From assembly GCF_009834535.1 (NCBI RefSeq), contig NC_045696.1, forward strand, positions 32,490,001-32,554,000: a stretch of 64,000 bases of DNA, written 5' to 3'. This DNA is from Camelus ferus (taxonomy: Eukaryota). A program made the translations under genes and the position numbers. Each line of letters starts with the position of its first letter. Position 1 is the first letter of the stretch. The notes beneath the pieces were generated by a model. That model saw only the letters and a list, made by a program, of their open reading frames with translations, was not told the DNA's origin and did not search any database. Below, piece after piece: positions 52,201 through 64,000 of the stretch.

Positions 52201-54499
52201 TATTTTTGTAACAATTTAAAAAGAAAAAAATTAATTGGGCTTACTTTTAATCAAAAGAAAGTTAACTCCCAGTTCCTTCATTTTAAATTTCAGGAAAAAG
52301 TCTGAAATTTCACACTTCTTAAAATACCACAGTCAAATATATTTGTTTTTATATGCTTCTCATTCGTTATATGCCGTTTTGTTATTTAAATTTATACAAG
52401 ATAATTAGCCTCCATTTTATTAACAAATTCAGAGGTCACCTAAAACATGTTTCCAAATTCCTAAAATATAAAATATTGCATTTTACATTTTTGTTTCAAA
52501 AAGGATAGTTTTTAGTATATAGTATTCACTCCATAACTGCTTATATGCAGCACTGTCTCAAGCATGAAGTTGATCTCTGGATGACCTTGAGATTTATATA
52601 CTAAAAAGTAAGAAACTAAAAACAAGCATTAGACATGGCTGTACTACACAGACAAGAAACTGAGGTGACACATTAAGCCATCATCCCCATTAAGGATTAT
52701 ATTGACATACTGAATTATTTTAGTCTTAATTAAAAATAATTGTGCTGCATGTGTGCTTTCTTAGCCTTTAATTAACATAAGCTCTTCAAAACCAAAGTGG
52801 CAGCATAATAATACATTCATAATTTATAGTATAAATGCTAGCCCTAGGGAAAATGCATTGCTATAATTCCCTTGTAGGTCGCTCCCGATGTCACACTGCT
52901 GATGAGAACGCCAATCAACTAGAGGATGAACAGAGAGAAAGAAGGCATTAAACATGATTTATATTTTTGAAAATATTGTTTTCTTGTTTTACTATCATGC
53001 ATGCCAACTGATAGCATCTTTTTTTCTGACTTGTGTGTGTGGCATGAACTGACACATTTCCCAGTCAGGTAAATCTGTGGGTGACGTTCAAAGGAGTTTA
53101 AACAAAACAAGCTTAAATTATGCTTCCAACCAAGTAGCCTGCAAGTAGTTAAAAAGAAATGGGTGATGGCTGTGGTAAAGCAGGCACAGGCTCTTCAGAG
53201 TTACAACTAATGTTAATTTTGTGTTCTTCCATGAATATCTTTATTCAGTCCATGCCTGATGAGCTGCATTTTTGTGAGGGATCAGTGGGGCAGATAATTT
53301 AAAATAACAGACCCCCCCCAATAATTGATTTATGACCTTGAAACGATTTATAAAACTTGAACCGAGGATAGATTCACATTTTTTTTTATTATTTCTATAT
53401 TTATCTTGAAGTGCAATATGAGGTATCCCAAAGGAATTCAAATTAACAAGGGAAAGTCCTAGTATTATCAATTCAGATTACACATATGTGAATTGGTCTC
53501 AGGTCATTTTGCTTTTTTTCTCTAGCTAAGAATCTAGTGCCTACTTGATCCCTATTATTCTGCTGATTTATCCTACCCCAAGACCAAATACGTCAGTGTA
53601 GCCTAGGAACTCTTGATTCATCCTTAAATAACGTGGCAAACATTAGTCTGAATGTCCCTCTTGAAACATGTTATGCAAAATGTAATAAACATTTTTCTTT
53701 AAAAACTTTAGAATTTCTTTTTGATTTCTAACTGGTAAACTGAATAAAAGTCTAAAACCAGTAGTGCGCTTTTGCTAATCAGTGCAGGAACATTTAGGGC
53801 TACCTCTCGCATGCCATGATGAAATTGTTTATCTCTTAAGGAGATAGGAGTTTTCTTTTTCTCTGTTTTAGTTTAAATTAAATGTTGGATAATAACCACT
53901 AACTTAAGAAATTTCTTCACATTTCCCATTCATTCTTTGCCAGGAAATAAAAATGATAGATTTTATTTCTGGATTTGATTTTAAATATATGCTTATTTTA
54001 ACATACCATGTTCCCCCTCTAAGGAGGTAGATATATTAGTTGTCTTATACATAAAAAAATGAGGATTTTCTTTATATATTTGTGAAAAGTGAATAATCAT
54101 ATATAATTTATCTCAGAAATCTTCTAATGTGATGCAATTACTTCTTCATTAATTAGAAAAAAATTTTAAAGATTATTTTCTTAGACTCTCAATGTGGTAA
54201 TCAATAAAGTTAGTTCCACCAATAATTGTGTATTTGTTAAATAGAGATTAGTCTTCCCAAATTATGTAAGTATTACCAATGCATTTAGTAGGATAATAAT
54301 AGTTGCTATCATTATGAAATGTATGAATTGTTACCTAATCGCTTTCCCAATAATTATCTACTCTTTTGAAAGTGCATATTGTGAATCATAACTGAAATAC
54401 ATTTCACTAAACAATACAATAATTTTGGATTGTATATATTTTGGAAGTGATATTTGTTTGTTGAAACCACTATATGTTAAGAGAAAAAAAATCAAAAAG

Positions 54500-55010
54500 A
54501 ATTGGAATGAGCTTAGAACTCGTCCCCCTCATGGGAGGAATTCTTTCTGAACCATCTAAAACACAGGTCATTTCACTTTTCTTCTGTCCATCTACTGATA
54601 AATAGCTCACTACTCTGCCAAATTGCCCAATTCCTATTGGACATGCTGGACTTAGAAATCTTCTCTAAAGTTGAAGAAGAATCTACTTTTCATTAGCTTC
54701 TAAATGTTTGTCCTTCTTATATACCCTTAGGGACAAAGTGGACTATATCTCCTGATTCTGCCTTGGAAAACTCCTTCAGATTCTTGAAGGGTGCTTTCAT
54801 CTCCTTCAGATTTTTCTCCTTTTTAAGGTTAACACCACCAGACTTCAGCATTCTTCTTTCATACCTCTAAGTATAAAGATTTAGTGCTTCAGTGCAGCTA
54901 GTGACTTCAGACATTCAACAGCCTTACCATCACTGCTGTTCACATTTGAATCCTCCAGTCTCTATCAGTGTTACCTATTCGTAAGTTCCCATTTGGATCT
55001 TGCCTGACTG
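54500..55010 (-). mobile_element. L3/CR1 LINE 3' region
   Basis: AGCTCACTACTC...TTGGACA...TTAGAAA, CCTTCAGATTCTTGAAG, TTCTCC..AGGTTAACA follow the order of the antisense L3 3' consensus as I recall it. Confidence 0.7.
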
Positions 55011-56924
55011 GACTGACTTTAATATCACTTTTTTATCTTATTCTGGAATTTTCCAAGCAAATTTGATGTTGATGTTCAAAAAATTTGAAAAAAATTTGAT
55101 GTTCAGTTTTTTTGTTGAAGACTGGTTAAAATAAGAAAACAGGGATGCCCTTCAAATTTATATTGATACAATAGTTCACTATTTGGGGGAGCAGAATTTT
55201 CTTTAATTGCTTGTAGAATTTTTTTGCTACCTTTCAACACATATTTCTTCATCTTATTCACAAAGATAACAAAATAAAATTGATTCAATTACTTTTAGAA
55301 GTTGAGATATTGTAATTTGGTTTATGGCATCCTCTTTAAATATATTAGGTGAAACAACGAACAAAAGGTGAAACAATTAGTTTGGGGCATATCTCATTCT
55401 TGAATAATTTAACATGATACAAAGTACTTGGTATTTTCAGAGTACCTAAAATTCATGATTTTTGATTTTTTTCCATTTTAAAATGGAAAAAAAAAAACCC
55501 ACCTGGAATATTTCTCACCATAAATATTTCTTAGTTTCTGAAGGAGTATCAATTAAGTACGCACTTTACTTGGACTAGAAAACTGAAAAGTATTTGAATT
55601 TCCTGGGGGCTCTCCTACATTTCTTGCACCAAACTTATCCTTTAAAAAATGATTTTCCCTCTTATTTCCACCTTAAAATTCTCTCTTTGAGAAAACAAAA
55701 GCAAAATAAGAATGCTTTCTTTTTCATCTGTTAATCCTGCACCTTCTAAAAACTATAGGACCCCTAACTCTTTAACTAATTTGTTTATCAAACATTGGGG
55801 ATTTTATTTACTTAAGTTCAAGGCATTCAAAGTTGAATAAAACCTAAGTCTACTTAAAATATTTGTTAATCTTTAGTACATTTTCTTCTAAAATTATGCT
55901 TTATTATGTTTTAAGAATTTGTCTTAAATGTCATAGAATTTTTTGTCTTTAAAGTTTATTTTTAAAGTCCACTATATTATGTGGTGAAATAAGTATTATA
56001 AATAATAAGCAGTATTATAAATATATAATAATAATTATTATTTTTATCATTTTTTACTTCAGTTTGTGTGGGTCAATGCAAAGAATGAGAAGACCCAGGT
56101 TGACATATTCAGCAACTTTATTATTTTAAGTCAAAATAGATAGTATCTCCAGAACATCTATTGTGGCTCTTAGGGCAGTTAAAATGGCCACAACCAGGAA
56201 GCATTTATGAACCTGTGCATCTGGTGAAGAAAAGAGAATAAAACTTTTCATCAGAGCAAGTAGCATGTACAAAAATGTGAAGAACTCAAAGCACCCTACT
56301 ATGGCATGAAGTATGAGGAAAAATTGGTAGAAAGTGAAGCTAAATTATTTGGCTCTAGTCTCTCCACCCATTTTGGAAAATAATAGAGTTCCAAAGAATT
56401 ACAAGCTATTATGTTTACATATTGGAATAATAAATTTTCATTCAGCTAAATATAGGAAATACAGAAAACTATATTTTAAAGTATTCATTTAATTTCTGAA
56501 TATACTGGAAAAGCAAAAATAATGTGTTTGAGAAGCTATTATAATTCTTAAAAGCTTTGTAATTCTATTTATTGTATGATTATTGTATTAGGGATATAAC
56601 TTCAAAAACACTGATATATGAACATGTAGGATTTCCTAAAAATGACTCATTTTCTTACATTAAACACTTTATTTCTCTTAGAAAAGACACAGGGGGAAGA
56701 CCAAGGTCTATTAGTTGGGAGAATAGCTGAGATAATTGGCCTTTAAATACTGAAAACTGCACAGTGGATGGCACTGTTCTTAGGCTGAAAGCCAAAGAAG
56801 TGAATGTTCATGGTACCCATAGTCATAGTCAGGAAAACATTAAACCCTTCACAGCTAGTAGTTTATTAAAAGTAAACACTGCACATTATTATAAAAATAT
56901 GTATTATAGTATAAAAATGCGTAT

Positions 56925-57120
56925 TAAGTTATCTTTAAACAGAAACACACGTAAAACAAAATGTTGTGTATTGGTCGCTGACAGAAATGTTATTACCAGA
57001 GGCTTTCAGGAACCTACCTAACCCTGCATTTCCCCTAGGAGCACTGGCTTAGTATTCACTAATTCAGTGTCCATGGTGACTGTACAAAATAACTGCCATG
57101 AATAATGAGCATTAACTACA
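56925..57120. mobile_element. TcMar-Tigger terminal fragment (MER82-like)
   Basis: TTTAAACAGAAACACAC, CAGGAACCTA..CCCTGCATTTCCCCTAGGAGCA, AGTATTCACTAATTCAGTGT, ending GAATAATGAG. Confidence 0.7.
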
Positions 57121-58554
57121 CATGCACACACATACATACATATAGATAGATATTTATATACACATACACACATTTTTTACTCAGAGTCAACTTTAGTGAC
57201 TATTTTGAGAGTCTAATATATCACTTTAAAAGAAGTAATGTTAATAACTGACATGTACATAATGTTTTACATATTAGGAACTTAGTCTTTACAGATACAT
57301 TTGGGAATCAGATTTTGTTTAAAATGTTATTTTAAAGCAACAGTGTTGATGTATGTATATCAAAAACCAGTTCTGAGCTCATAGTATCAGCAATTACATG
57401 TTTTGAATATAGTGAGAACTTCTGTAATTATACATTTTATTTGTCTCACAAATTTTGGAATGTTCTTGTCACTTCCTCCTAGAACAACAAAAACACTAAC
57501 AACAGTTACAATTATGATAACAACAAAGCACACTGCTTTTCTCCAAAGACACAGTGTGACAGAGTGTCAAAAATAATCACAGGGAATGATGGAACATTCT
57601 CATGGGGTTTTTGAATTATTCTGTAGTAAATTTCACAGTCTGACAATGTTTGCTTTCCAGGCACCATGATTTTTGGTCTGTGGCAAAGAGGTCAAGTATT
57701 TAAAGGTCTCCTACTGGTTAAGCTGTCCTATAGCTCCCTTGGTAGATTGACAGTTTTAAGACCCAAATCGTCTTAACTTTCCAGTCTGGCATTTGCATTG
57801 GGAGTCTTGGAAGTGAAAATTCATCTTATCTGCATGTGAAAATTAACATTGACTTTAGTTTATTTGAATATGAACATACTTCTCGTAAAGGCAATGTAGT
57901 TTTTTGGTCTGGGCTCACATAGCTTTTTCACATTCTTCTGTGAAAAGAAAGTACTGTGTGTAATTATACAATTATTTCCTGATGGTTATGGTAGTAGGGA
58001 CATTGTTGATGGAGCATCTCAGGGGCCTCTTTAAAATTTCATTATTTTGTAACTTATAAGCAAGCTACAAAACTAAGACTAGTTTTTCTGATATCCGGGA
58101 AGTCTTTTCTGGGGTTTCCAAAATATATGTCCTTTAGATTAAACTCTGTGTGTAGAACTGTTAAAATCTATCAGTAAACCAAATAAAATTCAGGTTTTTA
58201 AAAAACTGATATAGTGAGTGGGATACCTCTTAATTCTTTAATCAGACATTATTGATATTATTTAGAAATATTCTGGTAGATTTAGCCTATAGACTCAATT
58301 TTTAATTTAGTGACCAGTCAGTATTTTTGTGAATAGAGTGCTGATATAATGATTCTTCTGTAAGTTTAGCCCCACCTTGAGATTATTTTTCTGTATACAC
58401 TTTTCCAATTCAGTTGTCCTAATTCTCTGACAAATTTGGTGAACAATTTGTACCAACTATCCAGTGCTTTTTAAAACATGTTTTCCAGACAGTAAAAATG
58501 CAAAATATTTAGTCTTTAGGGATCATTAAGAATTCCTTTTCTCAGAAAATCATA

Positions 58555-58715
58555 TGTTACAGTTCATCAATTCTAAGGTACATTTTCCATCTCTGAAATT
58601 GGGATGTGTTTGATAATGGTGTATTGTAGTTTAATTTATGCAATTTCTTCTCATTGTGATACATAAAATTACTATATGCCTTATAATAGATGGCTTATTG
58701 TTTTGGTGAAGTAAA
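58555..58715 (+). mobile_element. MER104-like TcMar-Tc2 MITE
   Basis: TTCATCAATTCTAAG..CATCTCTGAAATTGGGATG..TAGTTTAATT..TACATAAAAT..GATGGC..GTGAA. Confidence 0.75.
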
Positions 58716-61700
58716 TTCCATTTCTGACATATTTTTGATAAGTGGAAGAAATGTTTTTGAATTGACTTGAGGAGTTCCTATTATTGGGATTGTTTGCCAT
58801 GTGATCGTTTACATTTCTCAAGGTCTTGCTTCTTCAAAGGGAGTTTCACAGTTTAGTCCTTAGTAAAAGCCAAAAATGGGTGATTCCCTCATGCTAATTC
58901 CAGATATATTATCAAAGTCTTAATAATACTTAGAGTCAGGAATATATTCCATAGCAGCTGCAGTTTAGCTTTAGAGTTGCTTTATAAAATGGTATTTTGT
59001 AATAACACATTTTTGGCTGGCACTGGTTTTTGTTTAATTTTTATGTCAGTATATACTAGTTTGAAAAAAAGAGGAAGAGAAAATTTTGGGCAGTATTATA
59101 AGTGACAAAATTATTTTTTCCTGCTACCTTAGAGTTATAATGAAATACTGTGAATATTTAAGCACTTGTAATAATATCAAAATGCCTGATGTATCAGGTA
59201 GTCGGGAAGGAAAATAACAAAGGGCAGGAAAAAAAATAGAATGAGGACTTGGTTGCCTTCTAAATGTTACTGAGCTTATTCCTCTTTACAATTCGTACTT
59301 CAAGAAATTTATAAGCAAAAAATAATGCCTACATTTGTATATGCTCTCACAAATTATTATAACACTAAATATCTAAATTTATTAAAATACTAAACATTAA
59401 ATAATGGTATCACTTTTTAAAAAATTCTGTACATTTGTATGTGGTCTTTGGTTAGGTACTCTCAAACATTTTAAATGTATTTGGAGGGATTAAGCAGAAA
59501 ATGATACTTCATGGAATTGGATCAACCAGAAATCTGAAGTATCCATGCAGTTACTTCAGTTCAGTTTTACTTTTTTCCAAGTGAAAAACAGAAAAAATAA
59601 AAATAAAAAAACTTTGTATCAAGCCTTCAGCATTTGGGCAAAGCAAATGCTGAGGATTTATAAAAATGTTGTAGTTATGGTGATTTAGCATCAATTTTTT
59701 AAAGAAGGTCCGTATTCAATCCCAGCTGCTTAAAAAGTTTGAAAATTCTTTTCTAAGGGATAGGAGAAGAAAATAAGCAGAATGATGATGATGCTTTACA
59801 TCCTATGCGAATGACTATCTGGTGCAGAGGAAATCAATTTCACCTATGTCTTTTGCTCCTGTTAAGTTAGGAACAATAATATTTTTCAAAGAAGCTTACC
59901 AAGCTTTCGTTGAGATGAAAAATAGTATTGGAACTATAGCAATTACTCAAATATTTGGCGGTGAAAGAAGAAAGGGATCATCAAAGTATTAGAGCTCTAT
60001 GAACTTTTCAAAATTACATTGATTTTTAGCTTGGAAAAATACAAATTACTAGAAGAGAATAAAAATGTATTTCTATCATTTATGATTTTTACAGTTATTA
60101 CCTTTATATTTACATTATTTTTACACTTAGCAGGTATGTATGCACACAAATATATACATGCACATATGCGTATCTCCTATGTTTAATTACCTTGGCAGTG
60201 CTTTGGTATCATGCGGGCATGTTCTTAGATTTGATAACTAATTATATAAAAGGTATATGACATGAGAATAATGTAAATGAGTTTGAAAAGGAAGCCAAAT
60301 TATTACATGTTTATGAAGTCTCCTTCTTAAACTGAACAAAATCTATTTCTAAGATAGTATACAAAACTGTCATAAAATTGGCAAAAGGTTGATATATTTC
60401 TTCCTTAAAAAAAAGCAAATTTAAACACTGAAAGATGCAGGAAGTCTTATAAAATAAAGAATGAGAGAGACGTAACCAAGACTTCAGGACTCAATAAAAT
60501 TCCCATCAGAATGAAACTTCATGGAGAGTGGTTTCAGGTAAAGGACACACATGGTGTAAGTAATTGAGTAGATGAATTGAATGACAAGAAATATTATTGA
60601 GTTATAATGTGGTGCACCTAGGCAGAGTTTATTTATTTGTTCTTCAGATATCCTTAATCCACCTAGTTTCCTTGTGACTGCTATTTCTTGCCACCTTAGT
60701 GAATGAAGTTCAGAATGTTGTGGATTTCAGGTCTTGCAAAGGAAAGCAAAATTGCTCAGTTAGACTCTTGAGAAAGGCTTCATTTGTCGTTGTGAATTTC
60801 TTTGGTCATTGGCTACTATTGAGGAAAAAGGGAAGGGAACAAGGGATCATGCTCTGTGAACAGGGCAGATTAAACTAGCCAGATAGGTTCGTGGTATCAT
60901 ACATATCGTAGGAAAAAGGAAAAGAAAAGAAGGAGCTTTGATAGCTGATAACTTAATTATCTGCCACTATCAGTTTGGAAGGGCTTTTAAACATGTCCAA
61001 AATGTCTACCAAATTTTCAGCAGGAGTGACAGCAGATTTTTAAGTAAGGATAAAAATGCAGCAGTCTTTCTAGAATAAAACTCTGACAGACTGTGATGAA
61101 TTACCTTATTATAGTTGCTTGCATGACAAATGTACTTGATCAGTGTTTCTTCCTGGGAATAGTTGAGCTTATCCAGAGGCAAAAGTTGAAAGGAAATGAG
61201 AGCTAACTAGTAATCCTAAGTGTAATACATCAGCATTTCTCTGAAAGTATTCAAGAAAACCTTATCAATTACTGTTTATGTCAACAGAAAGTACTTCCTC
61301 TATTCCCTCATGGTATAACCTCTTTTTGAGGATTTATTTAAGTGACTTTTTAAAAAGGGAATATAGATCACAGAAAAGGTTTTTTTTTATGTTTTCTGTT
61401 ACAAGAAATGTAAGTTATTTAGCTTTTTATAAGTTTCTCAGATATGTTCCCAGCCCAAGTTTTAGATGATACAGTAGTGACACACATTTAATCATATTCC
61501 TAATATATTTTTATTTATTCAAATATCTTTATATCAGAAAATGAACAATTGGGAAAGTAGTGGAATTAAGAACACTGTGGATTGCTAGAAATATTTAAAT
61601 CAGTGAGTAACAAGTTTTTAAATAAATTTATTTAATGGAACAATCATCTAAAGTATTTCTGCAACTGGATAACCTTGCTGCTCTTAGAAAACATGATCAG

Positions 61701-62373
61701 GAAATCAAAGGCATTGCCAAAATAGTTGAATTAATTTATATGTCACTGTTTAAGGACAGGTTGTAAAAGTGTCTACCAGGTTTTACAGTTCTACATAAAG
61801 AACAATGTAAAGCTAAGGTTTTTTTCATTACCTCAAAATTAATGGGAAAAAGTTAGGTTTCATTGTTTTGTTTGTGTTTCTTTATTTCATGTGAACATAA
61901 CACAACTTAGATCATGCTGGCCTCATCTTTAATTCTTTCTTTGAAGAAATTTTATTTTCTGAGTAGTTTGAGTACTTTTATTTTCACACATGCATTAATA
62001 GGTGAATGATAATTGTGCATTGCCAGTGCCTGTGTATACTTCTTCACACATCTATTTCGATACTTGATCAGGTCAAATGATAAATATGTAAGGAGAATCT
62101 TAATGTTCTGCCACTTCTGCCTTTAAAAAATATATGCTGTGTCCAGATAGTACATGGTATATAGAGTGATCAGTTACAAAGCTCACAACCACCTGATAAA
62201 TACACGTACTCATTGAAGTTTAGTTTTTGAAAAATGTGTACAGAAACAACACAATGAATGGATGACTATGTTCTGGAGTCTACAAGCAGACAAAAATCTC
62301 TCCTGTATTTTTCTAATTTTCTTAGAGTACATTATGTCCATGCATAATGTGTTCCATGTAAATGAAAACTGAG

Positions 62374-62601
62374 CAATGATTTTCAAACTGCAGAATGTGA
62401 CCTATTAGTAAGTTATGTTAAAAGTTTGTTTATGACTAGCATTAAAAAACAGAAGAGAATAAAAAGATACAAGTATATGAATTATAGGTTTATAAAACTT
62501 CTATTTTAGTTAAATATATACACGTATGGATTTATATGTTCAAATGTATTCATAGGGTTACATCAGACAATGCATTTCTTTACTGTGGGTTGGAAAGACT
62601 G
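62374..62601. mobile_element. hAT-Charlie MITE (MER112-like)
   Basis: CAATGATTTTCAAACTGCAG..TGACCTATTAGT at the left end and ATTTCTTTACTGTGGGT..GAAAGACTG at the right end. Confidence 0.6.
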
Positions 62602-62693
62602 TAAAAATTGCAGGTGTAGTGATCAGGAGAAGAATCAATGATTAACATAGTAACAACAAATAAACTAAATTTGAGAAGATTAAGACCTTAGAA

Positions 62694-62875
62694 CAGGGTT
62701 CTTATTTCTGCTGTTTATTTAGAACTACCTGAGATGTTTTGAAACATACAGATGAATGGTCTTTAATCAAATCAGTAAGTCCCAGCACTTGATGTGGGCA
62801 ATATAGGTGTGTTTTGTTTTTTATTTTAGAGCTCTCCAGGTGATTAGGACATGAAGCCAAGTTCCAGAACCTCTG
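62694..62875. mobile_element. MER5-type hAT-Charlie MITE
   Basis: CAGGGTTCT...AGCTCTCCAGGTGATT..AGCCAAGTT..AGAACCTCTG. Degenerate 8-bp TSD CCTTAGAA / CCATAGAG. Confidence 0.8.
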
Positions 62876-64000
62876 CCATAGAGTAGCAATCATGATAATT
62901 AAAAAAAAATTCATTTTGCTTTCACATTGTGATTTTTGACAGTTGGCATATTAGGATTTGATAATATTTAGACACCAAAAACTACAGATTAATAAATGAA
63001 AAGGGAAACTTGGGACAAGTATAAAAATTGTTTAGGGGCTATTCATATATTTTGAATACATTACATTCTATGCTTATTCAAATTTTTACTTTTGTACCAG
63101 TCAATGAGAAGAGTATCATAGAGACAAATAGTACAGTTAATTGATCAACACTGGAAGTACTGGAAACATTAAAAATGTTGTAATTGATTTTCCATCCTCT
63201 TTCAAGTAATTATATGTTAGCTCTAGTTAAACAGTAATTAAAGAGAAATAGTTGGTGGGGTTTATTTATTTGTGTATTTACGTATTGTGTGTCTTTTAAG
63301 TTTGTAATTTCATCTTTTTTTTTTTTCACCTGAAGGTCAGCTTTTCTCTTGTGAATCCTCAGAGCTTTATAGTCTCTTCTCGTTTGCAGTCACATCTGCT
63401 CTATTTTTTCACTCACGATGAATAACAAAATTTAATTGTAATGATTATGAAATGGTTAGCATTAGTGTAGAGATGTGCAGAGATTGAGGGCACTGAATAC
63501 CTGTAAGAAGTGCTCTGAGCCTTTGCATTTGTCCCTCGCCATCACTACTTGGTACCTGTTGTTTCGTACAGGTGGCTCAGGTTTGTAGAGAAGAGCAGCA
63601 TACACTTAGTGAATGAGTTGATTTGGACTTCAGTGTTCCTTTTTTTACTGGTGCTGTTTGTTTTGTTCTGCTTAATTTAGCTGCTCTTCAGCGTGAAACT
63701 CTCAAAGTCATTGGAAAGTCAAATTCAGAAAAGATCTAAATGATATAAACAAGTTTGACCAGCCCAAGTGATGTGAATAAGTTTGACATCTATTTAGAAT
63801 GTGTGAGCAGGACCAGGATATGCAAGGCTAACTTTCCAGCCTTAGTACTGATCATTTTCAGTAACAGAAGGTCAGTCCTCAGTAACACATGTGGAAATGT
63901 AAAATGAATACAGCACAAATGTGAAAGGAAATAATTTCAAAGTTTGTGTATTCATTTGACAAAATTCTGATATTCTGTAGTCATGTTCAGGCTTTGTGCT

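Noticed and set aside
1..64000. A novel multi-gene, viral or defence-type system
   Set aside because: No long ORFs, operon structure, internal ERV genes or processed pseudogene detected. Composition and repeats indicate ordinary mammalian non-coding DNA.

Overview
AT-rich, CpG-depleted placental-mammal DNA, intronic or intergenic. I find no supportable protein-coding gene, RNA gene, CRISPR array or prokaryotic system. The only ORFs with recognisable homology are decayed LINE-1 ORF2 pieces (10.5-11.2 kb). The window is ancient repeats (MIR, L2, L3/CR1, MLT1, MLT2, LTR16, MER5, MER47, MER104 and others) plus three younger L1 insertions. Their 3' UTRs and the absence of any recognisable lineage-specific SINE suggest a camelid (inference from remembered consensi). 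Most notable: (1) all three young L1s are 5'-inverted (twin-primed), with inversion points only about 150-410 bp from the 3' end; (2) an orphan CpG-rich promoter-like patch at 33.6-33.9 kb, with phased CGCGAGA motifs and a G4 motif, abuts a CpG-retaining MLT2 LTR; (3) several repeat-free TALE/PBX-HOX motif clusters look like developmental enhancers. I cannot support a novel multi-gene system. Repeat family names come from memory rather than a database search, and boundaries of old repeats are approximate.
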